A stretch of 63,031 nucleotides of DNA, filler included, from Thraustochytrium aureum (taxonomy: Eukaryota): assembly GCA_012862495.1 (NCBI GenBank). It is 7 parts of 3 records of this genome, joined end to end, with 100 filler letters (N's around TTAATTAATTAA, not from the genome) between each part and the next. Parts side by side here need not be neighbours in the genome. Positions count along the whole stretch, not along the records: positions 1 to 15,738 come from BLSG01000460.1; 6 more parts are not named here. The stretch is one strand, 5' to 3'. Shown here in pieces: positions 1 through 12,740 of the stretch (its first letter is position 1; every line of letters starts with the position of its first letter). The translations under genes were made by a program, and so were the position numbers. Below the pieces are notes generated by a model. It saw only the letters and a program-made list of their open reading frames with translations, made no database searches and was not told where the DNA came from.

Positions 1-597
1 TTTCTCCCAACGCCAGATGCTCGACATGTGGCAGCCCAGGCGCGGCGAGGGCTTTGAGGCCAGGCCATCCGAACTGGACGAGCTTCTCATGGGCCTGAGC
101 GGGCGGTTTCCGCGGGTTGTTGTGATGGTCCAGTACGAGAGCTCCAAGGACGGGCCTGTCGACCTTCAGCTGGACTCGCGAATGCAGCTGCACGGACCGT
201 TCATGCAGGCCTTTCTGGAGCTGCAAGGTACCCGTTTGTGCGCGCGCTGCTGTCCGCGAGCGAGGGTCAGAGTGCAAGAGACCTCGCGGCCCTGGCGAAG
301 TGCGAGGCAGTGGCGGGCACGGACTTGCGCACGCTTGGGCTCGGTGACGCGGACGGGAACGAGCTGGGCGAGCACACGGACGCCGCGATGCGGTTTTTGC
401 TCACCAACCCGGGCTTGAGCCTCGTCAATGCGAGGCGGCTCGTGCGGACGTTTGCCGGGAAGGGGCTAGGCGACCTTTTCACCGAGTTGAAAGGTGCGTC
501 TTCGCTGCGCGAGCACTTGCCTGGGCTGGACAGCCGCGTGCAGGGCATCATTTGGGCGTACTTGTCAAGGCCGTTCGCGCGGCAGCGCAAAGCCTGA
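1..597 (+). CDS. 3' part of a gene, possibly XPF/ERCC4-like domain plus HhH (SHOC1/Zip2-like); one apparent frameshift near 235
   Basis: ORF 17..418 (FPRVVVMVQYE) shifts into ORF 238..597, which ends in an HhH-like segment (FLLTNPGLSLVNARRLV). The family call is by resemblance only. Confidence 0.3.
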
Positions 598-793
598 AGA
601 TTGCAAAAAGGATCCATCCGGTCGGACCGGGCCTTGCCTGGCTGGGTTTTGCTGCGGCGCAGCGAGCAGATAGGCAACCAACCACCTTGGCTTGACTTGA
701 TGATGATGATGATTGTTTTTGTTTTTGTTTTGAACATTTTGTTTGTAGCAATCGCAGGGCAAGAGAGTCAGGGTCGCGCAGCGCGATCAGCGG

Positions 794-2107
794 CTAGTGC
801 TCGTACATGTCTTTGACCAGGCGCCGCACGCCGTCGACACGGTGCGCGCCCAGGAAGGCGCGCAGGCGCACGTTGAGCGGCTGCGCCTGGGCCTCGATGA
901 GGAAGGCGTCGTGGCCGAACGGCGAGGCCAGCGTCTCGAAATGCACGGGCACGTCGTTGTTGCCGAGCGCCATGGCGAGGCGCTCGAGGTCCTGCGCCGG
1001 CGTGAGCCTGTCCGTGCTGTACGAGAGCAGCATGCCCTCCTTGGAGCTCGGTATCCTGGCCGCGCCATCCTCAAAGGTGCCGACGCCCTGGCCGATGTCC
1101 ATCATGTCCATCGACTGCGAGAGCAGCAGGTAGCAGTTGGCGTCGTAGTTGACAAACTTGGTGAACTTGTGCGCCTGGTGGGCCAGGTAGCGCTCCACCT
1201 CGAACGAGACCTGGCCGGTGTGCTCCATGATGGTCGGGTACCAGTCAAAGCGGCTGTCGAACTCGGCTGGGCTCCTGTAGCAAATGGTGCCAAACTGGCG
1301 CGCGACGGCCATGCCCCGCGTCGGGTTGGTCTCGTAGTTTCCGTCCTTAAAGTCGGGGTCCATGCGCACCGCGGCGCGCTGCACCGAGCGCAAGGCGACT
1401 GTGCCTGGCGAGGTGTGCGCGGTCGCGGCGACGGCGCAAAACAGGTCGTAGCGCTCCGGGAATTGGCTGCGAACTGCAGCACCTGCATGCCGCCCATCGA
1501 CCCGCCCACGACTGCATGGACCTTGTCGATGCCCAGCTCGTCAAGCAGGAGCTTCTGGTGGGCTGCCTGGTCGAGCGGCGTGATTTGCGGGAACGAGCAC
1601 CTGAACGGCTCGTCGGTGTCGCCCGCGCGGGGTGTCAGCGGCGAGGTCGATCCGAACGGCGAGCCCATGGGCGCCCCGACGATGACGTGGAACAAGTCGA
1701 GGTCGATTCCGAACTCGGGCCCGTGGCCCACGACGCCGCGCCACCAGCCCGTGTGCTTTACAGTTTTGCCGTCCGGCCCAGCCTCCTCGCCGTCCACCAC
1801 GTGCACCGAGTTGGACATGGAGGGGCAGATCAAGATTGTCGGGTTGCTTTCGTCGCCAAGCGACGCGTGCTTGATCCGCACCGACCCCTCCGGCAGCTCA
1901 ACCAGCGGGTCACTCATCAGCCTGAACGCGCCCTTCGGCTTGAGCGTCTCCACCCGCGCCAGGGGCGCTTGCGCTCCAGCCTCGCTCGCCGCGCCCCTGG
2001 GCCGCCGCCGAGGCCAAACCCCTTCGCGTCCACGCCCTCTTCGCCCCGATGCCGCACGGCCACGCGCCACGCCGCAGCATCGCCATCGCGGGCACGGCCA
2101 GGGCCAT
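794..2107 (-). CDS. metX: MetX/Cys2-family homoserine or serine O-acyltransferase (alpha/beta hydrolase); two apparent frameshifts
   Basis: Nucleophile elbow VVGGSMGGMQ, GWWRGVVG, FPQITPLDQ, YDANCYLLLSQSMD and catalytic-His motif SPFGHDAFL. Split across ORFs 1102..2070 and 794..1393. The Arg/Ala-rich N-terminus resembles a transit peptide. Confidence 0.88.
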
Positions 2108-2988
2108 TCNNNNNNNNNNNNNNNNNNNNNNNNNNNNNNNNNNNNNNNNNNNNNNNNNNNNNNNNNNNNNNNNNNNNNNNNNNNNNNNNNNNNNNNNNNN
2201 NNNNNNNNNNNNNNNNNNNNNNNNNNNNNNNNNNNNNNNNNNNNNNNNNNNNNNNNNNNNNNNNNNNNNNNNNNNNNNNNNNNNNNNNNNNNNNNNNNNN
2301 NNNNNNNNNNNNNNNNNNNNNNNNNNNNNNNNNNNNNNNNNNNNNNNNNNNNNNNNNNNNNNNNNNNNNNNNNNNNNNNNNNNNNNNNNNNNNNNNNNNN
2401 NNNNNNNNNNNNNNNNNNNNNNNNNNNNNNNNNNNNNNNNNNNNNNNNNNNNNNNNNNNNNNNNNNNNNNNNNNNNNNNNNNNNNNNNNNNNNNNNNNNN
2501 NNNNNNNNNNNNNNNNNNNNNNNNNNNNNNNNNNNNNNNNNNNNNNNNNNNNNNNNNNNNNNNNNNNNNNNNNNNNNNNNNNNNNNNNNNNNNNNNNNNN
2601 NNNNNNNNNNNNNNNNNNNNNNNNNNNNNNNNNNNNNNNNNNNNNNNNNNNNNNNNNNNNNNNNNNNNNNNNNNNNNNNNNNNNNNNNNNNNNNNNNNNN
2701 NNNNNNNNNNNNNNNNNNNNNNNNNNNNNNNNNNNNNNNNNNNNNNNNNNNNNNNNNNNNNNNNNNNNNNNNNNNNNNNNNNNNNNNNNNNNNNNNNNNN
2801 NNNNNNNNNNNNNNNNNNNNNNNNNNNNNNNNNNNNNNNNNNNNNNNNNNNNNNNNNNNNNNNNNNNNNNNNNNNNNNNNNNNNNNNNNNNNNNNNNNNN
2901 NNNNNNNNNNNNNNNNNNNNNNNNNNNNNNNNNNNNNNNNNNNNNNNNNNNNNNNNNNNNNNNNNNNNNNNNNNNNNNNNNNNNNNNT

Positions 2989-3850
2989 GGCGCGCGCCCC
3001 TGGCCTGGACTACGAGGAGTGGTCGATGCACCTGCCCCACTATGCGGTGCTCGGGGCGTCCAAGCGCGGGACCAAGGAGGAGGTCATGAGCGACATCGCC
3101 AACACGTTCACCAACCCACCCGGCGCCGAGTTCCAAGTGCGCGGCAGCGGGTACCTGACGGACGGTAAGAAGACCAAGGTGCCCTCCGAAAGGTCGGCTT
3201 ACAGCGTCGTGGGCGTGCAGGTCTTCCGCTCGAAAAAGTCGCTCGAGCACGTCGCCAGCAAGGTGCAAGACCTCAAGCGCTACATCGCGGCCCACGCCCC
3301 AACCGGGCCCACATCTGTGCCCGAGTTCCTGGTCGTCACCTGGATGTTCAAGTCGACCTGGAGCAAGGACCACACCTCGGTGGTCCACCTTTTCCGCCGC
3401 AACACCGCCATCTCGACCGATGCGCCCTCCACGCCCTTCGAGCGCGCCTTCAAGGCCTTCTTGGAGGGGGACGACAAGGTCAAGCGCAACAAGCTCAAGT
3501 TTTCGTTCCAGATCGTCGAGGCGCCCAGCGCGCTGCGCCGCACGGTGCGCTTGGTCGGCGGCGAGCGCCCTGTCCTCATCGGCAAGGCGCTCACCACGAC
3601 GTTCCACCGCGGCGAGCACTATTTGGAGGTCGACCAGGACGTGGGCAGCTCGTTCGTGGCGTCCTCGCTCAACTCGACCATCCTCAAGGCGGCCGCGAAA
3701 ATCTGCATCTCCACCTCGTGGCTCATCGAGGCGCAGGAGGAGGCAGAGCTCCCTGAGCGGCTGCTCGGCTCGGTGCGGTGGCACTACGTCGACCCAAAGG
3801 CGGCGTACATCGAGCTCGACGAGGACTACAACCGCGTCGAGGCGCCGTGA
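2989..3850 (+). CDS. EDR2 C-terminal domain (DUF1336) protein; 5' end lies in the gap
   Basis: FQVRGSGYLTDGKKTKVPS, RPVLIGKAL, YLEVDQDVGSS and IEAQEEAELPERLLGSVR are characteristic EDR2_C motifs. Confidence 0.85.
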
Positions 3851-4161
3851 AGTGAAACGCGATCCTGCCCGCCCCTATCCATGTATCTGTAAATTGTACA
3901 AACGCAACTGCTTGCTTGTCTAGCCTCCGAAGAGCGCCTCGCCAGGCGAGCCGGGCAGCGGGGCGCGCTCCTGGCAACATAGCACTCGTGCGCTTTGGCC
4001 GCTTCGCCGTTTGGCGCCTTGAAAGTGTCCCGCCAGTCCCGAGTCGCCTCGCGCAGAGCAGCGGCGCGTGAGCGCCTCGAGCGCTTCCCGGCCCGGCCCG
4101 GCCCGGCCCGGCCGGCTTCGCTCGGTGCAGCGGTCGCGCAGGGCAAGGCACCCGGTGCGCC

Positions 4162-7100
4162 ATGGCGACGAAACGGATCCAGCGACCTGGCGGCGAGGAC
4201 GGGGGCGATGGAGACGACCTGGTGCAGGCAACGCGGCCCAGCCTTGCGGAAGCGCTGGCCACGCTGCGGGGCGACGGGACCGCGCCGTCCATCTCGCTCG
4301 ACGATTCTGCCCTGNNNNNNNNNNNNNNNNNNNNNNNNNNNNNNNNNNNNNNNNNNNNNNNNNNNNNNNNNNNNNNNNNNNNNNNNNNNNNNNNNNNNNN
4401 NNNNNNNNNNNNNNNNNNNNNNNNNNNNNNNNNNNNNNNNNNNNNNNNNNNNNNNNNNNNNNNNNNNNNNNNNNNNNNNNNNNNNNNNNNNNNNNNNNNN
4501 NNNNNNNNNNNNNNNNNNNNNNNNNNNNNNNNNNNNNNNNNNNNNNNNNNNNNNNNNNNNNNNNNNNNNNNNNNNNNNNNNNNNNNNNNNNNNNNNNNNN
4601 NNNNNNNNNNNNNNNNNNNNNNNNNNNNNNNNNNNNNNNNNNNNNNNNNNNNNNNNNNNNNNNNNNNNNNNNNNNNNNNNNNNNNNNNNNNNNNNNNNNN
4701 NNNNNNNNNNCGAGGCCGAGCGTGGCCTCCTTGCCCTGTTGCAAGGGATAAGGCAGCGCCGTGGGCTGCAGACTCTCGACCTCGCTCGAAACGGCCTGGG
4801 GCCGAGCGGCGCCGCCAGGATTGCCGAGCAGCTCGAGGCTGGCCTGCGCCTTGGAGCGCTGTCGCTCGCCGGGAATCGCGTGCAGGCCGACGGCGCCCGC
4901 GCCCTCGCCCGCGCCTTGCAGGCCAACGCTGACCTTGGCCAACTCGATGCCAGCGACAACGACTTGACCGCGTCCGGGACCGACGAGGGCGGCGTCGTGG
5001 CGATGCTCGAGGCGCTCCGTGGAAGCTTTGCGCCAGGAGCCGAGGGCGAGGCACCCTACACGCCGCGGAACGACAAGCTGTGGCAGCTCAACCTTTGCGG
5101 GAACGGGCTGGGTGGCTCGGCGCTGGACAAACGCGCCACCGACGTGCTGTCGCTCAACTGCGCGCTGGCCGACCTTCGCCTGAACGACGCCTCGTCGCCC
5201 CGCAACAGCTTGCGACGAGAGCGACTCGCCGTAAACGAGGCGGTGCGGCGCGCTCTGGGCGACCCCCGTGGCCGAGCCGAGGGGCTCGCTGCTGCGATGC
5301 TTGGCGTGCGAGGCGACCCGAGTGTTGGCGACTTGCCCCTCCTGCACCGCGCCGTGGCCGCGCATTGCGTTGCAGCACTGAGCCGCCTCTGCGGGGCGCT
5401 GGACGCGGGTCAGATCAACTGGAGGGCGACGCGATCCAAGTTGACGGCCCTACATCTCTGCGTTGCGGATCCCCACCCAGGGGTCGCTCAGCTCCTCCTG
5501 CGCTCCGGCGCCGATCCCAACGTGACAGATCGAGACGGGGTGGCCCCTTTGCACCTCGCCCTGGAAAAGTGCGATCTCGCCATGGGCCTCCTCCTTGTCG
5601 AGTGCGGGGCACGACTTGCTACGCGAGATCGGTACGGGCGACTGCCCTTGGACTGCGCGCGTCTGGAGCGCGTTCGCGAGGACCTGACCGGCGCAGTTGC
5701 GCGGACGCAAGCGCTGGTGGTTTGCTCGGCAGACGTCGAGTCGAAGAGAATCGCAAGCGCCCTTGCGCAGACCCTCTCTAACGAGTTCGCGACGCCAGCG
5801 TCGTTCATCTCTGCCGACGAGGCGTTTGACCACTTGGACAGACCGCAGCTGCACTGCGCTTGCGTGCTGGCTGTCCTGGGCGAGGCGGAAAGCAGCTCGG
5901 GCGCGCCCGCGCTTCGCGAAATGGTCATCGAGGCTCGCAAGAACCACTACTGGAGGGCTTCACGTGCGCTCGCGGCGGGCGACGAGGCCGCGCGCAAACC
6001 AGTGCCTCTAACACCGCTCCTCGTTGTCTCGAGCGGGGCGCGCATCGACGTGCTTTCAGACCCGGCGTTCCGGGACGCCGCGTTCTTCGACCTCGCTGGC
6101 TGGGCAGCCGTAGTTGCGCAACGCACCTCGGCCCTTGATGAACCAGGGGTGGCGCAAAGGGCACTCGGTGACGGCGGCAGGAGGACCCTGCTTGGGCCTG
6201 GGCTTCGGGGGCTCAGCAGCGCTCGGTTCGCGCGCACCTTGGTCGAACGGGTCAGCTCCAAGCCCGCGTTCCCCGACCTACATGCGCGCCATGTTTTGGA
6301 GGACTTGTCGCGCCGCGTTGCCTTGCACGAGCGCGAGAGGCACGCGGCTGCGGTTGCCCACCTTGCCGCCGCAGTCGGGGTGCGCGGGGCAGAGGTTGAC
6401 CTCGAGGCAATCCTCGGCGCGCGACGGCCGCTGGCCCTCCTTCTTGACACGTCTGGTGGCAGGCTGACCGCGACTGGGCTCGCGCTCGTGCAAAAGCTGG
6501 ACGCGCTCGGCATTGCTGCTTGGCTCTGGCCGTCCCGGCGGCTTGGCGAGGGCTTGCTCTGCGAGACAGAGCTGGCCGCGAGCCCCCGCGCCGGTTTGGA
6601 GGCTGCCGCATGCGTTGTCGAGCTCGTCGAAACTGGCGCTTGCGACGGCGCCGCCCCGCTGATTCGCCAAGCGCAGCAGCTCGCGGCGGAGCGGCGAGTG
6701 CCGGTGGTTCGCGTCGTAATCGCGCCAGAAGCTGCCCCTGGCGCTGGCCTAGCCCGCGAGCAGTACATTTGCCAGCCAAGCTTCGCTGTGCCGTCTCTGG
6801 AGAGCCTTGGGCCGGCGTGCGATGCTGGGCGCGTTTGGGACACGTTCGACACCATCCCGCACCTCGCGCATGCTGTGCGCAAGTGCCTGAGTGGGCCCAG
6901 CTCAATGGGCGCGGGGTTGGGGTGCGCGGCGCACGAGGCGCGCATTCAGGCCCTCGAAGCAGAACTTGCGCGCAAGGCGCGGCTCTTGGCTCACGCACAC
7001 TCGCTCAACGTCGAGCTCGCGCACTCGGTGAAAAAGTTTCAAGCGCGTTGGCGGCATGCTGTGAGCGTCCTTGACCCGCCACGTGCGCGTTGCCGCCAAG

Positions 7101-7456
7101 AGTCCGCGCTTCGGCGGGTCGAGCAGGAGGCTGCCCGGCTCGGCGCGGGGACCGCGGACCGCTGCCAGGTCGTCCAGAGCTCGTTGGTGGCCGACCTCGG
7201 CGATCTCGCGCGCGCGTCAGAGTTGCCGCGCGCGGAAGGCGGTGAGGACAGCTTTGTTTTGGGCCAGCTCTGGGCATACGTGGGCCGTCGCCGCGAGGAG
7301 CTTGTCGAGGAGGTCGCGTGCGTCAAAATTCAGAGCGTCTGGCGGAGCTGCTGGGCTCGGGAGCTTGTGCGGCGCAAGCGCGAGCTGTCTTGCGCGCTCG
7401 TTATCCAGCGCGCGTTCCGGCAGTACCGGTGGCGAAAGCTCGCGTGGATGTATTGA
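4162..7456 (+). CDS. LRR (RI-like) + ankyrin repeats + two TIR-like domains + coiled coil + two IQ motifs
   Basis: LRRs LQTLDLARNGLG, LSLAGNRV, LDASDNDL. Ankyrins LTALHLCV, GADPNVTDRDGVAPLHLA, GRLPLD. IQ motifs IQSVWRSCWAR, IQRAFRQYRWRK. The N-terminus at 4162 is joined across a gap, and the TIR call is tentative. Confidence 0.75.
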
Positions 7457-7733
7457 TGGCGCTCGCGCCAACCCGGGCCGCTGCCAGCTCTGCTGTACAC
7501 AGGTAGGAAGAAAGGAAGAAAGAAAGGAAGGAAAGAAGGCAGGCGCAAGGCTGCCAGGGAGCGCGGCGCGTCAATGGCAGCGACGCAAACGCTGACAGCC
7601 TTATTTATCGAATGGATGTTGTATCAACCTCACCCAAAAATTGCCTCCGGTCCTGCTGCGAACCGCAAGAGCAAAACAGTCACGCAAGTGGGCCGCAGCA
7701 CCGGTCTGCGGCTCGGATCCAAGTGCGGCCCGC

Positions 7734-9535
7734 TCATGCGAGCACGCCCTTCGTGCTCGGTACGCCAGCCGAAGCGTCCGGCGAAATCGCCATGCGCAAC
7801 GCAACCGCAAGGGCCTTGAAAGCGCTCTCCGACCGGTGGTGGTCGTTCTCGCCGCGCAGGCAGTCCACGTGGACCGTGAGGCGCGCCGCAGTGACGAACG
7901 AGTGGATAAAGTGACCTAGCATTTCCGTCGAGATCGAGCCGATCATCTCGCGCTTGAGGCCCAGGTTGATCGAGGCCCAGGGCCGGCTCGAAATATCGAC
8001 AACAGCCCGCGAGAGGGCTTCGTCCAGCGGGCAGTACGCATAGCCCCAGCGCTTTATGCCCTTGCGTTCGCCCAGCGCCGCATCGACGGCCTCGCCGAGC
8101 GCGATCCCAACGTCCTCGGCGGTGTGGTGGTCGTCGATCCAAAGGTCACCGGTGCACTTGACAGTAATGTTGACGCGCGAGTGCTTGGCCAGCGCGTCGA
8201 TCATGTGGTCCAGAAACCCGATCCCCGTGCTTGCTGCGCCAGCGCCAGAGCCGTCCAGGTCGACCTCGACCCGGATGGACGTCTCTTTGGTCTTGCGCTC
8301 GACCGCGGCGCAACGAGCCCCGCCGACGGTGGCAGAACCCATCGCGGGGCGCCCGGCAGAACCTCCTGCCGGGCGCGCGGCGCACGAGGCGACGCTTGGC
8401 GAGGGCAAGACCTCGAGCAGCTCAACAAAGCCAGGGCGGAACACCGCGTCCGCTCCAGCCGCTTCGAGGGCTTTGCGAACCGTCTCGTCGGCCCCCGGCG
8501 TCAGGATGCCGTAAGCCCGCACGCCTGCAGCGCGCGCTGCGCGCATGTCGTCTGGGGTGTCGCCGAGCATGGCCGCGTCCTCCGGGCGGACGTTGCCGAG
8601 GCGCTCGAGCCCGAGCAAAACAGGCTCCGGCGACGGCTTGGACGGCGCCTCGTGCATGCAGACGAGGACCGGCTCGCCTGCGCCGTCAGAGACGAGCGGG
8701 CGCAGGTTGTACAAGTCGAGAAAGTGCAGGGCCTCCTCGCGCGGGCGGCCGGTGACGACGGCCATACCCCAGCGGGCAGCGCTTGCGCAGCTCGACGAGG
8801 AGCGCCCGCGCCGGGAGCAGGGGCTCGAGGTCGCGCAAGCCTGGCTTGCCGGGCGAGCCGAGGTAAAAGCCCTGAAATCGCTCGGTGATGGCCTCGAGGG
8901 TCGGGTGCTGGTCTGCTGGGAGGCGCTCGCACACCAGACGGTGCGTCAGCTTCCAGTCGTCGTTGGCGTTGCCCTTGAGCTTGGCCTCGTGGATGTCCTC
9001 GCCCGTGACCGTGACGCCAAACGTGGACGAGGTCTCGATGATGGCGCGCCGGTACGACTGCGAGACCTCGGCCAGGACGCCGTCCATGTCGAGCAGGAGC
9101 GCCTTCGGGGCGCCGCCACCGGGCGCCCGGGCGCCGTCCTTGTGGATTGTCCCGTCTTGCACTAGTTGGCGCAGCGCTTCGACGAGGAGGTCTGTGTCCG
9201 TGGGGCGCCCGCACGAGATGCGCACAAAGCCAGCGAGCTCGCCCTTGGGGTAGAAGCGCACGAGCACGCCGAGGCGGCGGAGGTTGGCGTAGACTTTGTC
9301 GGCCTGCATGGGCTCGTTCACGCGGAAAAGGCAAAGTTGGCGACAGAAGGCATGGGCTCGAGCCAGGCAAACTCTTGCAGAGCGACGAGCATGCGCTCGC
9401 GCTCGGCGAGAATCGGCAAGATGTGCTGTTCGCGGATTCGATCCCGCACAGCGAGGGCGCGCGGGCTGCGGCCTCCGCGGCCACGTTGATGTTGTAGGGC
9501 TGCTTGATGGCCAGGAGCTTGTCGTTGAGGCGCGC
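7734..9535 (-). CDS. hisC-hisB: Histidine biosynthesis fusion: histidinol-phosphate aminotransferase (C-terminal part visible) + HAD phosphatase + imidazoleglycerol-phosphate dehydratase
   Basis: HisC-like [33 protein letters not shown] runs in frame into HAD motif [20 protein letters not shown] and GDTPDD then run in frame into [48 protein letters not shown]. Apparent frameshifts near 9460, 9325 and 8768. The 5' end is in the gap. Confidence 0.9.
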
Positions 9536-10591
9536 NNNNNNNNNNNNNNNNNNNNNNNNNNNNNNNNNNNNNNNNNNNNNNNNNNNNNNNNNNNNNNNNN
9601 NNNNNNNNNNNNNNNNNNNNNNNNNNNNNNNNNNNNNNNNNNNNNNNNNNNNNNNNNNNNNNNNNNNNNNNNNNNNNNNNNNNNNNNNNNNNNNNNNNNN
9701 NNNNNNNNNNNNNNNNNNNNNNNNNNNNNNNNNNNNNNNNNNNNNNNNNNNNNNNNNNNNNNNNNNNNNNNNNNNNNNNNNNNNNNNNNNNNNNNNNNNN
9801 NNNNNNNNNNNNNNNNNNNNNNNNNNNNNNNNNNNNNNNNNNNNNNNNNNNNNNNNNNNNNNNNNNNNNNNNNNNNNNNNNNNNNNNNNNNNNNNNNNNN
9901 NNNNNNNNNNNNNNNNNNNNNNNNNNNNNNNNNNNNNNNNNNNNNNNNNNNNNNNNNNNNNNNNNNNNNNNNNNNNNNNNNNNNNNNNNNNNNNNNNNNN
10001 NNNNNNNNNNNNNNNNNNNNNNNNNNNNNNNNNNNNNNNNNNNNNNNNNNNNNNNNNNNNNNNNNNNNNNNNNNNNNNNNNNNNNNNNNNNNNNNNNNNN
10101 NNNNNNNNNNNNNNNNNNNNNNNNNNNNNNNNNNNNNNNNNNNNNNNNNNNNNNNNNNNNNNNNNNNNNNNNNNNNNNNNNNNNNNNNNNNNNNNNNNNN
10201 NNNNNNNNNNNNNNNNNNNNNNNNNNNNNNNNNNNNNNNNNNNNNNNNNNNNNNNNNNNNNNNNNNNNNNTTTGTTTGTCAGGGATGGCACGGTCGCCTG
10301 CCAACGTCGCTGGCTCGGGCGGCGGCGGCGACGGCTCGATCACTCTCGGCTTGCTTGCGGATCGACCGCGATTCGTGCTTGCCCCGACGACTGCGAGTTG
10401 GCCCGCGCGGGCTTCTTGGAGTGCGCACAAGTCGCGGGGCGCGGCTCGCACGCCCGCGGGAGACGCGGGGCGCGGCCTGGGCGCTCCCTCGCCAAGGCCG
10501 TGGCCGAGAATGCAGTAAAGTTCATTGCAGCTTGGGCTGTCTATCGATGCTACTTGGTACATGGGTGGAGCAGCGGCGCCAGAGGCCCCAC

Positions 10592-12740
10592 TCAGGCGGC
10601 TGCCCCCAGCGACGCCGCCCACAGCAGGAAGGCTAGGAGTGCAAACGCCACCGCGAACGTCCCACCCCCCGCGGCGCGCAGCGCTGTGAAAGGGCCACTT
10701 GTGTCCAGCGCCTGCATGAGGCGCCGCGAAGTGCGGTGCACAAGCCGGCGCCCCGGCACCTGGGCGAGCTGCGGGACCGCCTCGGCGGCCTTGGAGACGC
10801 CGACGCGGAAGAGCAGCCGCTTGCGACGCAGCTTTGAGAACGTGTTGTCAAAGGTGAAAACGAGGACGCCGCGCTCAGCAACGTCCCAGTGGCCCCTTAC
10901 AAGCCCATCGTTGGCTGTGAGCTTGCACTCGACCGGCGCCGAGCCAATGCGCAGAGGATCCCTCAAGAGAGGCGAGTCCCGAGGGAGGCGCGCCGCGCGG
11001 CCCGGCCCCGGGCTCGGCCGGGGCCGGTCGGCGCCCCGCCGGTAGACGGCAACGCAGGCCGCCTCGTCGCANNNNNNNNNNNNNNNNNNNNNNNNNNNNN
11101 NNNNNNNNNNNNNNNNNNNNNNNNNNNNNNNNNNNNNNNNNNNNNNNNNNNNNNNNNNNNNNNNNNNNNNNNNNNNNNNNNNNNNNNNNNNNNNNNNNNN
11201 NNNNNNNNNNNNNNNNNNNNNNNNNNNNNNNNNNNNNNNNNNNNNNNNNNNNNNNNNNNNNNNNNNNNNNNNNNNNNNNNNNNNNNNNNNNNNNNNNNNN
11301 NNNNNNNNNNNNNNNNNNNNNNNNNNNNNNNNNNNNNNNNNNNNNNNNNNNNNNNNNNNNNNNNNNNNNNNNNNNNNNNNNNNNNNNNNNNNNNNNNNNN
11401 NNNNNNNNNNTCCTTGCGCACGAGCTTGCGCAGGACGTCCACGGATGTGGCGCGCGCAGACCGGCCTTTCGGGGACCGCGGCGAGCTCTGCGGGGAAGTC
11501 TGCGGCGAGCTCTGCGGCGTCGGCTCGTCCTCGACCTGTTCGTGCGGCGAGCCAAGGGATGCGGCTGCCGCTGGCGAGCTGTCCGAGCGGGCTCGCCGGC
11601 CCGCAGTCGCACCGCCTTGCGCTGCTGCGGAGGCCTTGTCTGGCGCAGCTTGCCGCGCCTCGAGCGCGACGCTCATGACGAGGCTGTACTGGTCCACTTG
11701 CGCGTCGAAAGTCACCGACGAGTTGGCTTGGTCGATCGGGACGCGGACCACCGCGAACGACCGGCTCGCGATGTTGATCAACTCGAAGGGGACGTTCTTG
11801 CTCTGGAGGACGTCCTCGCGCTCGACGTGGCCTGCATTGCCCTGCGTTGCCGCGGGAGCCGGCGCCGCCTCTAAAAGCGGTTCCGCTTGGCTGCCGCGCT
11901 CAGCGGGCAGCAGCAGCTCGTGCGGCATGGGCGCCGTCCCGCCGAGGAACGGTGGGAGAGCGGCCGCGGCGCCAAGGGCGGACGCGAACGGACACGCGTT
12001 GTAGTCTTTCGTGGCCGCGCCTTGCACGGGGCAGTGGGCCATCTTGTCCATGCTGCTCTGCGGAAGCGCTGCAGCAAGCGATTTGTGAATCCACGAGTAG
12101 TAGCTGGGCGTGTTGATGGCCACTGTTCTGGCCTGCAGCTGGGGGAAAAAGGTCGCGCTCGCCTTGGAGCTCGTCCCGATGGCGCTGATCACGCGGCGGT
12201 CGAATCGGCCGCCCACCAGAGCAAACCCTCAAAGTCGATTACCGTGACGGCCTTGACGAGGACGCCGGAAGCACGCGCCGCAGCGTCGCAGAGCTGAGCG
12301 ATGCGCGCTTTCTCAAACGTCAGGTACACGCTGAGTTCTTCCAACGTCACCTGTCGGAGCAGTGCCTTGCAGTCCGAGCGGCCGAGCCGCACGACGTTGA
12401 CGGGGTGCCCGCCAGTGAGTTGCCCTGTCGCCGCTGTGAGGAGGTGCGCCGTCACGCGCTCGTGGAGCGGGTGCTTGCCGCCGCGGGCGATCTGTTCGAG
12501 CACGGCAGCGTTGTTGCGGCGCCATTCGAGTCCCGTGCGGACCTTGGCTGCTGCGGCCTCGGGCGACCCGCGGTTGCTGAGCGCATAGCGGAGGAGGAAC
12601 AGGTCGTCGATAATAGTGCCGTCGGCGGCATGCCCTGTCGTGGGAAGCGCGTCGTGGACAAGTTCGCGGAGCTCGTCCACAGCTGCGCGGTTCTGCTCCA
12701 GGAGGTCGGCGATTCGGGGCGGCGCGAGCAGCTGGCGCAT
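10592..12740 (-). CDS. SEC14-like CRAL-TRIO + GOLD domain protein with C-terminal hydrophobic anchor
   Basis: DDLFLLRYALS, VTVIDFEG, FFPQLQARTVAINTPSYY (CRAL-TRIO); GVLVFTFDNTFSKLRRKRLLFRV (GOLD); hydrophobic tail FAVAFALLAFLLW. Frameshift near 12220 and an internal gap. Confidence 0.8.

Noticed and set aside
797..2109. N-terminal half of the 1017-aa + strand ORF, and other long ORFs spanning N runs
   Set aside because: It is the antisense shadow of the MetX gene, artificially joined through Ns.
8760..8775. Programmed frameshifting in the His fusion, importin alpha, ABCA and others
   Set aside because: The shifts recur in many unrelated genes, mostly at homopolymers, which fits sequencing error.
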